This document shows, one piece after another, positions 1 to 12,944 of a DNA stretch of 64,000 nt (its first letter is position 1; the number at the start of each line of letters is the position of its first letter). Both the position numbers and the translations under genes were made by a program. The stretch lies in NCBI GenBank assembly GCA_964234715.1, contig OZ174280.1. One strand, 5' to 3'. The notes beneath the pieces were generated by a model. That model did not search any database. It was not told the DNA's origin and was given only the letters and a program-made list of their open reading frames with translations. This stretch comes from Podarcis melisellensis (taxonomy: Eukaryota).

Positions 1-901
1 ACTGTAAGCCTTCTTGATATCTATGAAAGCAGAATTCATTTTGGGTGAGAATCAAAAGGAGATGGACGAGTGTGCAGTTCCATGAGATATGGCTCAAGTG
101 TCATAAGCTGTTTTGTACAGTCATTGTTCTATCTATGCAGCAGAGGTTCTTCTCTGTAAGTTGTTCTGGATTGGGTCTTACGGGTACATTGGATGTCACT
201 TTATGTCAAAGCTTCACAAGGCTCTGCAAAAAGCATTGAAATGTTATTCCGCACTCTTCACTATATTGAGACATCAGGGGAAATAAACAGAAGCCTATGG
301 GTGGCTGGGAGCAGGGCAGCTTCCCTTTTCTTTTTCCTTGGTCTAAAAACAAGCAATCTGATGTTGCCACTTTTAGAACTCTCCTGGGCCTTCAACCATT
401 GCTGCATTTTATAGCACATGACACCTGCCGTTCAAAAGCCTATGAGCACATGGCCTTGTGTGACAAGTTGGTTCTGGCACAAAGCTGAAAGAGGCCTTAA
501 GCGGAAGGTGAGTGGGAAAAGACATTGCCAGCCTTCAGAGCGAATTTTTCCCCTGGGCTCCAGTTCCCCTTGGACTGTGAGGGTGGGGGGGAGAGAGAGA
601 GAGCATTAACTTGATGGCACAAAGTCTCTTCATCTCAATGTACAATATCGCTGATGTTCACATGGAAAACCGTCATTAACCCCTTGGGCCAGAACTCCCC
701 CAAAACTTATTGCCCTTTTCAGCATTGCTGGAGAAGATTGTCTGAAGAGTAGAGTAGCCATCATCACCTGCAGTGCCTCTATTTATTTTTATTTATTACA
801 TTTATATACCATCCTTTATTCACAGATCTTGTAGTCAGATTACCAGGAGTTCAGAATGGTGAGAAATCACATTTGAGCTCTTCTTTCCATCCCAACCTAT
901 T

Positions 902-1020
902 CCAGGGATGGGAAACCTGTTTGCCAGAGGATGTTGGACTGCAGTTCCCATCAGCCTATTCAGTATGGTCAGTGGTCAGGAATGATGGGAAATATAGTAT
1001 TTAACAGCCAGAACTCCCCA
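902..1020. mobile_element. Degenerate palindromic hAT-type MITE (same family as 31238-31373)
   Basis: CAGGGATGGGAAACC start, then GGACTGCAGTTCCCATCA...TGATGGGAAATATAGT inverted arms; ends eroded. Confidence 0.55.
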
Positions 1021-3549
1021 AACATGTCCTTTTCTATTGGTATCTACCAACTGGTGCTGGGGGGGAGTAGAATCTGGCTAGGCCTGCTTTAACAGCAACT
1101 TGATCTGCAGAAATCAGATCAAGCTATTTACAGCCTGGAAATAAACATTATTACCTGAAAATGCCTGCACATTTGGCTGTTCCTAAAGGTATAACCACAG
1201 CGACCAATTGAAAAAGTCAGCAGCCCTACCCTATTCATGGGAGCTGAAATACTTTTTAAAAAATCTGGCTTTTTTGACAGTAAATTTTGGGAGGGGGGAA
1301 GTGATTTATATGTCTAATTGGGTTTTTATTTGCATTTTAAATCACGCTCTTCTGCTAAACTAATGGACCCCCTATTTATAGATGACTCCAACATAAAGTG
1401 ACTGCTAATTACTACAATTAATATAGCGTTAAAGGCTTGCCAGCCAACTCCACTGCAACTTGTATCGCCTACTCATTTTCAATTAAGGCACATTGACAAG
1501 TAAAATACGCAGTTATTAAGAGCAGAACTCTGTTGTGTAATTACATTTTGCTAAGGTCATTAATCTGCTGCAATACCAAGTTTTCCACCAAATGCATTTG
1601 GGGGTGGAGGGGCTTTGTGGGGAGATGCCAAAGAGAGCAAGGGTTGTTCCAGGTACTGCACTGGATGTTATGGGCCTAGGATTCAATTGAAGCAGAGAGT
1701 TTAGCAGTTTTCTGGGGGTCTCTGGCGGTATCCAGAGAGCCGAAATTGCCACCATTTCCCTAATACTGTGGCTTTAATGAACATATGGCTTGCAGAAATC
1801 CAATGGATCCAGCTTTTTACAATACTGCATCTCCATGACAGGGAAAGCTTCACAGGTGAATTTCTGACAGTTTTGTAGTTGTTAGATATACAGCTTCTAG
1901 AGAGTGTTTCTATTGGACCTGCAACAACCACCTGTCCATACGTGCCCACCAATGTTGTTGGCTTGAAACAGTGGGTGAGAGGGGATGACAAGGGGTGGGT
2001 GATACTTTCTCTATGGCCACTTTCATCCTTTTCTCCACACCCCACTGTAAGCACACATCCAGAGCCCCATCTGGGGGGAGTTGCAAGAGATAATCAGCTG
2101 ATAGGGAAAGAGTTAAACACTTCTTACCACTCACCAATGTTTCAGGGCAAGCTACTTCTTAAACCACCATTTGCATGTGATTACTTGAATTCCACTTTCC
2201 CCAGACCTGACCAAACATGGAGTTCCAGTCTCAGAAAGACAACAATTGGATTTTACTTTAAACTCAAGATTTTGTGGTACCATTAATAGGAGCAAAAGGG
2301 TAATTCCATATACATTATACATGTATTAACATGGTATAATCAGTGGTGTAGCGTGGGTTGCCAGGGGCCAGGGCCATGTGGAGGGGATGGGTGAGAGGGA
2401 GGAAAACAGAAGGAGTATGCATGCACATTCAACTGCCTAATGTGTTGTAGTTTCATTGCTGAGCAACAACATGCAGAACTCAGTGGAGTGAGAGGCCACC
2501 CAACCAGAAGAGTCTCTGAGGTGTACTTGCCTGGAGGCAGAGTCAGCATCTGAAGTCAGGTCCAGTCCTAGGGCAGGGCAAACAGCAATCTGCATGATCA
2601 GATGGTCCAGAGGTCAGGGAATCTGAGTATCATGCGGTCAGGGGTCAAGGGTGAAGATGAGCAGGAAGCAGCAAGGTTGGGCCATCTGATTGCTGCTGGA
2701 AGCTCTGCTTAAGGAGGCTGAAACCAGCTGGTTCTCATCAGGGCCTTCTCCTCTGTGTCCTTGAAGACTTATTAGCTGCAGGTGGAGTCACTCCCCCTTT
2801 CCCCCCTTCAGGCTGCTGTTCAGCAGGTGAATATGACTCCTGGCGCATGTCAGAATGGTGTCCATTTCACCCAGGAGATCACAGCCACAGAAATAAGAAA
2901 AGAAGATTAATTCCGTTATTTGGAGAGGTCACTTCCTGCTTCACATAGAGCCCAGTGGCGGGAATGTGAAGTTATATTGAGGCAGCACCTGGTGTTGAAA
3001 CTTTGTGCCCCTAACAATTTTGCCTCATGTAGGTAGCAAAATACTTTGAGCCACCTTAAGATGGAAGAAATTACTCACCATCCCTTCTCCTCAGATAACC
3101 TGGATGGCACACTGTAGTATCAAGTATTCGTTCGGATTCAAATGTGTGACATTTCAATGCACATAACCAAATCCAGTCTACCTTAGGGGCACTCATTTCT
3201 CTCCCTCAAACCCCCACCCTGGCCTGCTCCCCACCTTCCTCGGCTTGGTTTGCTCGATGCCATGGCCTGGTGCATTGTGGGTACTCCCTTCCCCGGGTTC
3301 TGCTTCGGCTTCCTGCTCAGGAGCCTCCTGCCCCTTGGTTCCCCTGCAGCCACCGCCATCACGGGAGAATGCATGGTGCCCCAGCTGCTGTCTCTGAGAG
3401 GCAAGTGCAAAAGTTGAGCTGAGGCCCTGCATGCCTTCTCTCTCCCTCAGCCTGATGAAACTTGTCTCTCGCCTCAGCCGCTGCCACCTGAAACGCACGC
3501 TGACCTCTTTTGGCAAATTGGCCTTCTTTTGGAGCTTTTTTAAAAGAAG

Positions 3550-3675
3550 GGGGCATTGCCATACATCCAAGTTTTCCCAGACATTTTGCCGCAAACTGGA
3601 AATTCCCCCTGGATATGATTTTCAAGGTCAAAATCCCGGATATGTCCAGGAAACGCTGGACGTATGGCAGCCCTA
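3550..3675. mobile_element. Small hAT-like MITE with TAGGGCTGCCATA-type termini
   Basis: Left arm GGGCATTGCCATACATCCAAGTTTTCCCAGACAT resembles the reverse complement of the right arm ATGTCCAGGAAACGCTGGACGTATGGCAGCCCTA; related copy at 11828-11935. Confidence 0.6.
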
Positions 3676-4941
3676 GTCTCAGGTGCCAAAATGTCTTAGT
3701 TCATTATACAGCATTCAGCAAATAATGCTGACTCACCTCTTCACTCTAACTTTTGACACTTGAGATGTATATTTTTAGGGCCCACACTGCTTCTATAATT
3801 TTAAGCTGTTTTTAATATTGTGCTTTTAGTGTTGTGGCCCAACCAATGACAAAGTGTAGGTAATAAACCACAACAACCACAACAGCAACAACAGCCAGAT
3901 AATAATTTGTTAGCCAGCTGATGGATTCTACCTCTAAACACATGCAGGGAGTCAACCCAATGAAGCTAATAGTTGCCATGAAGAATGAAAATGTCTTTTA
4001 AGACAGGAATCTGTCATGCCTAATTGCCATCAGGATCTTGCTAAGCGTATCTCGGCGATATCAGCTGGGTATTTGCCAGAAATACAAGGAAGCCATGCAA
4101 GATCATGTTTTATCCACTGCTGCTAGGCTTCATCAGAGGAGAAGGAGAGGTACAAAAAGAAGATTCTTGGAGAGTTAACCTTAAAAAACAAACAAACAAG
4201 AAGCAAGCAAATAAACATCCAAAGCAGCAAAGAAGCAATGAATCCCAGTTGCCTTGAGCTGCAGCTGGTGAAATCATGTGCGAAATATCACAACGTTAGG
4301 GCACAAGCAGTGACAAGGTGTAGTGCTGTGAGTATAATGAAGACAGACATGGGTCTTTAACACATTCCAACTGACACTTTGACTGTTTCAGATTTAGCAC
4401 TGGGATGGTAGCGGGAGTCAGGTGATTGCCAGAGTTACTTCTTAACCAGGGTCAAGCACAAATTAGCACTCTGCCCTCTAGCTATGGGATAGGTACCTTT
4501 GAAGCACAACAGAATTCACAAACTACTGGAGTCTGGAGGACTCCATGCGCAGAGCACAAAAGCTTTTAAAATAGTCTACATGGGTATGTATTGCTCTTTG
4601 TTCTCGATCCCCTGAGAAATGATACTTCATAGCTTTTGCTCACTGCAAAATAAATGATTTGAAGCTACCTTCTTCACTCAGTATTCCTCATGTTAGTGTC
4701 CCCTTGCCATTGGCTCAAAGCTTACCACCTCAAAAGAGAGTGGCATCTATGGAGACAAGTGGTGAAATGAAGAAACGATACTTGGTGAAAGCACTGGAGG
4801 TGAGGTTCAATGGTCATCTCAGTATAAAATGGGGAAATTCCCAGTGAATTGTAAATATAATATAAAGATGCTCCTGAGTACCTGTATTGACTGCTGATTC
4901 TGACAGCCATTACTCTTTCCAGCCCTCCTTTTCCTGATGAG

Positions 4942-5088
4942 CAGTGCTTTTTTTCTGGGGGTACACAGGGGTACGCATACCCCTAAACATTTTGTGAATC
5001 TAAGTTTGGCCTCATTTGGCCTCAGTATTTCAATATGAGTAGGAAAATGAGAGTACACCTACATATTTTTTTAGGGGGGAAGGCACTA
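4942..5088. mobile_element. hAT-like MITE
   Basis: CAGTGCTTTTTTTCT ... AGGGGGGAAGGCACTA imperfect TIRs; flanks CTGATGAG / GCAATGAG (5/8, possible decayed 8-bp TSD). Confidence 0.55.
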
Positions 5089-5640
5089 GCAATGAGAGAA
5101 CTGCCCCTGCTTTCCACTAACCTACTAAAGAAGCCTTGCTTATTCTTGCAGAGAGAGAGGGGGGGGGAGGAAGGAAGGAAGGAAGCTCTCTTTCCTTATT
5201 TATCCTGCAATCACTGGCTTCCTCCTGCTCTTCCCAATGATCTCCACTAGAGAAAAAAGGGTATCTGCAAGAAAAAAAACAAGGCCAGTGTAATAGCAAG
5301 TAGCATAGAAAGAACCCAGTTCGCTTGCTTGTTGCCAAAAACCTGCAGCAAGGAAAGAGCCTGCAGCAAGGAAAGAGCAGAAGCACTATGGCCACAGGTA
5401 CCTGCCATGGGTTTCAGAACTGGTAACCACTATAAGCACTTGGGGACTTCTTTACAAAAGTTGAGTGGGGAGGGTAACATGTGAATCAATCAACAGTGCT
5501 GCCCTTTTCTTGAAATAAAATTTGTCAACTGTCTGATGTGCTGAACCAATCAGTATTGTTCACCACCATGATATTCAGCACAAGGCTAGAAAGCTGGAAG
5601 GAATCCTGAAAACAACAGGATATAATATGGAATACTTCTA

Positions 5641-5882
5641 CAGTGGTACCTCAGGTTAAGAATTTAATTCGTTCTGGAGGTCTGTTCTTAACCTGAAACT
5701 GTTCTTAACCTGAAGCACCACTTTAGCTAATGGGGCCTCCTGCTGCCACCGCGACGCTGGAGCACGATTTCTGTTCTCATCCTGAAGCGAAGTTCTTAAC
5801 CCAAGGTACTATTTCTGGGTTAGCGGAGTCTGTAACCTGAAGCGTATGTAACCTGAAATGTATGTAAACAGAGGTACCACTG
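5641..5882 (+). mobile_element. 242-bp Tc1/mariner (pogo/Tigger-like) MITE, copy 1
   Basis: TIRs CAGTGGTACCTC...GAGGTACCACTG, TA on both sides, internal TAACCTGAA repeats; five homologous copies in the window. Confidence 0.92.
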
Positions 5883-6327
5883 TAATCGTAGCAGCAAAGC
5901 CCTGAGATTCCATGTGGGAGTAGAAAATAATATATCCCAGGAATCACTTCTCTCCCACTTAACTACCAGAAGATGAACAATGTCATTTAAATATTTTAAG
6001 ATTTTTAACAATTAAGCTTTAAAGTTATTCTATCTGCTGTCTGCTAGTGACATGGAAGGTGTTCAGAGCTGGACCTTGGGCACTTTGCATTGCCGCTTAT
6101 GTTGTGTCATGATCTTTTAACCCAGTTAAAGGCTATTCTTATTCTCCCTTTGGGAAGCCCACTTAGCCTTGATGACTTGCTCCTACTTGATTTCACACTT
6201 CTATCTAACACTCACTCTTCAAGAACTGGGTCCTTGAGCTGCTTCTTCGTCATTTTTTTCCTAACAAAAAAATCATTTCACAGCTTGCACATTGTTTGTA
6301 TTTAAAACTAAATCAATTTACTTGAGA

Positions 6328-6396
6328 TTCCTGCAGGGGGTTGGACTAGATAAGTCTTGGGATCCCTTCCAGCTCTACAATTCTATGATGCTATGA
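6328..6396 (+). mobile_element. CR1-type 3' tail (truncated CR1 or CR1-tailed SINE)
   Basis: GGGGGTTGGACTAGAT...CCCTTCCAGCTCTACAATTCTATGATGCTATGA matches the tail of the SINE at 7205-7370. Confidence 0.7.
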
Positions 6397-7204
6397 ACAT
6401 ATCTTTCGTATAGAGCTTTAAAATGTTTTCATGCAGATACTATTTTCCGACTTCTCCTCCGGTTCGCTGTGAGTAGAATATGTTCCCCCAAAGCAACCAG
6501 AGAGGCTTTGAGAAGCCCCTAAACCAGCTGCAAGAGATCTCTGCCACACATCCTGTATAATACAGAATTGTCCTGTCTTTCAGTGTAAAATGCTATGTCC
6601 TCTTTTGATTAAATACAGGCATAGGAGGCAACTCCTAGGCACCAAGGTCCCTTCGGCTTCCATGTATGTGGAATTCTAAATTCTCCAAGATAAACGAGAC
6701 GTAAAGCTCTGTAAGTTTCAGTTTTAAACACTAAATTATTATAGGGAAGTAAACTGGGAACCAATGAAGGTATCATAGCTAATGTTATATGCTGCCAACA
6801 CACTTGCCACCTTTTGAACAAACGGCAGTTCCAAACACCTCAGTTTGCAGGTGCCGCTTTTTGTGTTTCCCTCCCATAAAGGTGCTTTAATGCTATGCTT
6901 TGAAATGCTCTTTTATGACCAATTAAGAGAAAAAGCCATGATTCCATCGGGAGAGAATGAACATTTAAAAACAAATTCCATAGCAATCTGCTCCCAAACC
7001 CACACAACCGACTACGGAAATATAAAGATACACATTGTCAGTGTAAAGTGGGAAATTCATAGCTGAGGCTATTGCAGCCTGCATTTCAACATAGAGAATT
7101 CCAAGCAGACTGCCAGAACACAAACAGGCGTTGCACAGGGGGCTTAGTCATATCTTCTAGCAGTAGCTCATGTTGGAATCAGACCCGCCAAAGAAGCAGA
7201 CTTA

Positions 7205-7370
7205 CGCTGGATAGCTGAGTTGGTTAGAGCATGGTTCTGATAATGCCAAGGTTGCAGGTTCAATCCCCATATGGGACAGCTGCATATTCCTGCATGGCAG
7301 GGGGTTGGACCAGATGATTCTCAGGGTCTCTTCCAACTCTACATTTCTATGATTCAGCAATTCTATGATT
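7205..7370 (+). mobile_element. tRNA-Ile-derived SINE with CR1-like 3' tail
   Basis: Head GCTGGATAGCTGAGTTGGTTAGAGCATGGTTCTGATAATGCCAAGGTTGCAGGTTCAATCCCCATATGGG aligns with vertebrate tRNA-Ile (A and B boxes); tail ends in TTCTATGATT repeats. Confidence 0.85.
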
Positions 7371-7748
7371 AGGGGAGAAAGAAGGGAATAGAAAGAGCAT
7401 GAATAATAGTTTCCTTTGTGGGTGGTATCTTGAGCAGTTAGATTTAGGACCAAGAGGATGATTCCAAGTGAGCACTGAGCTCGAATCCTTCCTTCCCCTT
7501 AGCAGTAGAAGAATCAGATCAGTATGTAACTTCCCATCAGTTCCTGGTGAGTCCTATTTTACATGTCAAAGCTGGATGAAAAGGGTTCCATGCTGTGGCC
7601 ATCTGCGTGCCATAAAGTATCTTTAGGGTCCCAGCAGGGCATCCACCCAGAATACAGATCATTGGCTTGCTAATACATTACATGCACCTGATCATTCCTG
7701 TGCAATATGTCATTTGTACAAGACGGCAGCTATAGGAAACATGTATAC

Positions 7749-7945
7749 TGTTGTGAATTTGGGCAGGGCTAGGCTGTATGCCAGAGACCCTTTCCTGGAT
7801 CCAGCAGGGATTCCATTGCTGGAATAGCCAGGCCAGCTCCTTTGTGAACTAATGGTCCCTTAAGTATGGGCCATTAGGGTAACAAAGGAAGTGGCTTTGA
7901 ATCAGATAGCAAATGGGTGGGAACAACAAGGGTCAGGGCTGAAGT

Positions 7946-8033
<88 letters not shown>

Positions 8034-8305
8034 GGCTAGAAGCAGGCAGCAGCTGGAGAGACAGAGCCATGCTTGATTTTTGTTTGAATCCAAGGCTGTG
8101 GCTATGGGAGAAGCAAGACCTTCTGAATTGTTTATGCTTTGAGCCCCTCCACTATAGGCTCAGGTTGTATATATGTGTAAATAAACCATATATAATAAAG
8201 ACACCACAGCCTCTGCTGTCCTTCATTCCAAGGAAAACAAACCCTGGGTAAGAACCTAGAACTCCAGAATTTCTCACTGCTTGGAGATTGGAGTGACATG
8301 CAACA
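7749..8305 (+). mobile_element. Solo LTR (Gypsy-like)
   Basis: Termini TGTTG...CAACA, flanks ATAC/ATAT (4-bp TSD, 3/4 match), AATAAA at 8180-8185, no internal coding sequence. Confidence 0.7.
7944..8030. repeat. Compound microsatellite (GT)n(AG)n
   Basis: Read directly; lies inside the solo LTR. Confidence 0.98.
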
Positions 8306-9974
8306 ATATGTGGTCTCTAATCCTGTTTAAGACCGTGCACATGCTCCCATTTGTTCTCCAGTGCACTCCTACCACAGGTATTGGAAGTAGTGCACATGTG
8401 ACATTAGCCACAATCCACATCTATCCTGTTGTTTCTTAGGCAATGCTACATTCTTCAAACCAGCAACAATATGAATTAAGAAAAAGAATAATTTGGCTGT
8501 CTTTTAAGCTGGCAATGCATGCACAGTCTAAATCAGGCCCTGGTGGGAAGTGGGGACATTCTTTCCAGGGGTTTCCCCAAAAGCCATTGTCCTTGAGACA
8601 TCTTCTGCACAATTCACAGGTTGTGAATTGTAGTGAGCAAGGGACAGCATTTGTTTTTGTTTGTTAAACAACAGCAACAGGAAAGGCTGTTCCTCCTTGC
8701 AATATATAATTCAGAGGTCTGTATATTATCTACCCAAGGCTACAATGCATTATGAATTGGGTGAAGAATAGAGGGTCTGATGTCCAGTGTTAATCATTCT
8801 TGGGAAGGTTCATATCTTATGGATTTCCTTCTTGGCATCCTTCCTGCTGCAGTAGCTTTCTTGGACACATTTGCACTCAGAGCTGTAGGCAAGGATCGCT
8901 AAGCAACAGGCTAAGGCAAACATGGCATCCTAGTTGAGAAAGTCTTGCTGTTAATTGGATGAAGGGGGCAGAGGAGGAAACAGAATAGGAAAGGTTCTGA
9001 CTACGCGAGATGGAAGCCAGGTCAGAAGGGGAAAATAAGCAAGCAACAACCTGTAACATCCAATTTGGAAAATATAACTGCAGGGCCTTCAGAGTTGACC
9101 AGGAAAGGTGAAGAAGCCACGTAAACAGCCCAGCTATGACCCTGAATTATAAGGGTGCTGTTTGCCATTGCTTTGCCCTGACTACAGCCAAGTGCATCTT
9201 TTCTTTCCCCAGTGACCTATCCAGCCAGAAGGTATCTGCTGAAAATATATATTTTTTACAACAATGTGTATTACAGAGCAAGGTTTTCATATGGCTTTAC
9301 ACCATTTCCAAAAGATTTCAAGATGTGTGCTAATAAAATTAATAATCATTTTTTTATTAATTAGGGCCAAATTAGACAATACATTAGCTTTATATATGTG
9401 ACATTAAGAGTGTGGGGGGTGTCATACAAATTGCCAATGCAGAGATCCCATCTCAATCAGGACCCTAGTATATGGAGGTAGCGGGGGTTAAATTTTTCCC
9501 TTGCTTTGACTTAAATTCAGATTCTTGGGACATGGTGGCAATTTGCAAAAGGAGAAAATAGCGCCCATTGAATGAAAAGCTTTTCAACCAGAGAAACTGA
9601 ATTCCAGCATTCTGCTATCATGCCACAAACCCTAAGAAGGAAAAACCATAGACATCAATGGAGAGCGCATAGACAGCAGACTAGGCAGGCACACAGGTTA
9701 GCAGGCCATAGCCTTCTGCCCTAGAGTGTGATGTATTGTATTTCTGTTTAAATTATAGTAATTATATCTAAATCCGCATCTATATTTATATGTTGGCATT
9801 TGTCAATTCTATGCAAATCTGTGTCCTCATTTGCCTCTTATTCGGGTGATGCACCACTAGCCTAAGGATCCTACCCCTCCATGGAAATTTGCATCCCCCT
9901 GTAGGTAGCCCACCCATTGCCTTAAGCATTTTGGCCCCACATGCAAAGTCAAAGCAATATTATGCTACTTCAAA

Positions 9975-10120
9975 CAGTCAAGGCCTCCCCCAAAGAATCC
10001 TGGGAACTGTAGTTTGTTACAGTTGCTGAGAGCTGTTAGGAGACCCCATTCCCCTCACAGAGCTACAATTCCCAGAGTTCCCAGAGTTATACTGCCCTGG
10101 AAATTATGGCTCTGTGAGGT
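9975..10120. mobile_element. Short interspersed repeat with inverted arms (MITE-like)
   Basis: CTGGGAACTGTAG vs CTACAATTCCCAG, and CCTCACAGAGC vs GCTCTGTGAGG inverted pairs. Confidence 0.5.
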
Positions 10121-10989
10121 AAAAAGGGGAAATGTTATATATTCAGCAGAGGAGGGAGAGATAAGACCAGTGATTTCCTAGGTCCAGCAGAGTTCCTAGG
10201 TAGTCTTACAAAGGAAAGAAGTTAATACTGAGGCTGCAATCCTATACTCATTTTACCTGAGACCAAGCACCCATTGAACTCTGTTGGACTATTTCTTAGT
10301 AGGCACAATAGGATTATGCTTTCAATTATTCTAGAAGCATGGAACATATTGTTAACTAATGAACATGCTTTTCTCCTTTCTGCTTCTTTGCTTTTCCACC
10401 CGCTTTCTCCAACAGTACTTAAGAAGATATTTATGACCTATTCCTGAGATATTTCTTTTTGCCCACCAGATTACAACTTTCTCTTGCCCTCTTTTTCTTT
10501 ACCTCTTCCTCTTTCTTGGGGCTCAGATTCATGACTTGATTGGCACTAAAGTTTTGTGAACTTCAAGGCACTGAAGAAGATGAAGTAGCAATTCGCCAGG
10601 AAATTAGTACCAGGGACCATTTCTGTCCCTGCTCCATTTGACAGAAGAAGCTCAAGGGTGACGTATAATTGCATTTTTAAAGGAGCAAACTTCCTCATTC
10701 ATCTTCTTCCCTTCCCATCCCTTCTCAGTGTGATCCCTAAGCCAGTTAAACTGAAGCACATTAATTAAATCCTACCTAACTCATTTAAGTTCAACAGAAT
10801 TGAATGGGCAGCTTCCATTGAAACATTCCAGCTTAACGGTAATGCACCAAACTCTCTCTTCCTCTCTCATTTACTGCCTTCCAATCCTTCAGCTTTCCTC
10901 CATTAATCTTTTTTCTTTCTCTGTGCTATTTGAACATTTCCCCCAATAGGTCTTAAAAGTGGTGACAAGTTAAAAGCTGGAATGACGTG

Positions 10990-11475
10990 CCAGTTCTTAA
11001 ACCAGGGTTGCGAGTGACAGGCTTAAGAATTTGCAAAGCAACGATCAATTTAGAACAGGAACCACTTCCCTCAAATTTGTGATGATGGCAAAATTGGTGA
11101 TACATTCACCCCAAGTGCCATATCACTATTCTGCACATCAGTTTTATAAACTTCCCCCTAGATGTTTGATTTGGTATACATGGTGTAGGGCTGGCATTTG
11201 GGTTCTGTATGTAACTGCACATTTTGGTGACTGTCTACAACTGTTCCTGCCAGTTATAAACCATTTATTTGGCTATAGTATAAGAACTGCCTGCTTAGCC
11301 ACAAGAGATAAGTGCTGGGTTAGTAGTACTCTTGCTGATATATGGTGTACCTTCTTAAGATGAATAATACATTCAGGCTTAATCATATGAAAGAACGACC
11401 CCTTCTCAGGCAGCTCTTGAAGAGGGAATGGTTGCCATTTGCAGAGAGCACAAATGAAAAGCTTATAGTAGTATA
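10990..11475 (+). mobile_element. Possible highly decayed L1/Tx1-like ORF2 C-terminal fragment
   Basis: Frameshifted translation KLPPRCLIWYTWC...LLRQLLKREWLPF loosely resembles the Cys/Trp-rich end of vertebrate L1 ORF2; weak. Confidence 0.3.
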
Positions 11476-11827
11476 GCTGCTGATGTAATTGGATTGTCAA
11501 TTGGGGGTAATGGTGGGGGATTATATGGCTTAAAAAACCACACACACAATATTGCAGCAATCTTAATTAGCAAGTATATCCATCTCATCCAAGAACTCCT
11601 GGAACAAGGTGACCACTTGCTCAAGAACCTTGCCTAGCAAGAGAACTCCATTACTGGCAGACCATAGTTTGCTATTTGTATGACTGTGGGAAACTGTGGA
11701 TTGTGTAGGTCCAGTGAAAATCTGGACAAGCTTCTTTTCTTTTCTTTTTCTTTTTTTGGCCAAAGTTTTGCACAAAGTTGTTGAGGTTTTTTGTGAAATA
11801 ATAATAATAAAAATCTACACTACCGAC

Positions 11828-11935
11828 ATGGGCTGCCATATGTCTGGGTTTTCCTGGACATTTCAGCAGTTTTCGCTGTTTAAGAGGACTGAATACCTTC
11901 TATGTCCGGGAAATTATGGGTGTACGGAAACCCTA
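11828..11935. mobile_element. Small hAT-like MITE (family of 3550-3675)
   Basis: GGGCTGCCATATGTCTGGGTTTTCCTGGACAT ... ATGTCCGGGAAATTATGGGTGTACGGAAACCCTA inverted arms. Confidence 0.55.
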
Positions 11936-12944
11936 GGTTTGTGCCCCTCAACCAGGATCAAACCATGCTTTGAGATCCTGATGTGTGACCAAACTATAGT
12001 TTGAGGAAATGGCAAACTACAGCTGGCCATTAAACTGGAAGTGGAAACTTTTAATCTCCACAACATCCCTTCACAAACAAGGGAAGAAGGAATGTGCAAG
12101 CTCAGGGCTGGCCACTGCTCCTATCCTATCCTCCATGCTGTGGTTAGAGAATCATCTGAATGAAGCCACTGGGTCCCTGGCAGGACTGGGATGAACCTGT
12201 ATTTCTGCTCCACTTGCACTTCCTGATCTCCCAAGCCATTTTAGAAGTTCCCGTGCCTCATAATACAATGCCTTATTTGCAATAACTTTTACATCGCAGG
12301 GGTCTTGAATGCATTTCACATTTTATTTTATTTTTGCAACATTTTCAGCAAAAGAAGAGGTGGAGACAGCCTTCTATGATTGGGAATTTGATGGCCTGCA
12401 AAGTGCAGCTGAGGAGCTTTGGAAATATACATATCACAAGAGTGAGCGCAGAAGATAATTAAAAATGGCAGCTAAAGTCCAAATTCTGTTTGCAGTAAAT
12501 ACATAAACCAGTTAAAATAAATTGATTAGCAAAGGATATCCTCTTAACACTCTTTAAACTCAAACATCTGTTCTAAATAAATAATGCAGGCAGTAGATAT
12601 TAATTAGAAAGATTGGAGATCTGTGGGAGGAAAAGCTGCTCCAAAATTCCACTGAGGGGCCTCTGTCTGCCAAGAAAGCAGGGCTGGAGGACTCAGCACA
12701 GATGAAGGAACAAGCATAGGTTTCCTCTGCCTCTCTACACATACGTACATGCCAATGGGTCATAGTCAGGCAAGATCATACTTGTATAGTCATTCACATA
12801 TAAAATTTCAAGTGTGTCCTCAGTGCCATATATGTATGAGATTTTAGCCCTGTATTTCCGTGTAAATCTCCACAAACTAGCAGGCCCAACATAAGCCATT
12901 CAGCAGAATGCACACAGGTGCATCCACAAGTTATTTATTTACAT

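Noticed and set aside
1-140. Minus-strand AFIDIKKAYS resembling the RT motif FID..KAFD
   Set aside because: An in-frame stop lies just upstream, no other RT motifs are present, and the window edge truncates it; it may be chance.
2480-2860. GC-richer LTR-like patches (also about 8880-9060, 22020-22255 and 52015-52365)
   Set aside because: The composition suggests old LTR or repeat fragments, but I could not establish termini, TSDs or second copies.
4465-4490. Second CTCF-like motif TGCCCTCTAGCT
   Set aside because: It lacks the conserved TGG/GTG end of the core; the match is weak.
5342-5378. Short tandem duplications (also 22478-22504 and 62650-62682)
   Set aside because: Ordinary two-copy slippage events with no further structure.
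7205-7280. Functional tRNA-Ile gene
   Set aside because: CpG-decayed stems, and it continues into a CR1-type SINE tail instead of a Pol III terminator.
7902-8251. ER/SL-repeat ORFs (likewise 17633-17887 and 32558-32999)
   Set aside because: Translations of microsatellites.
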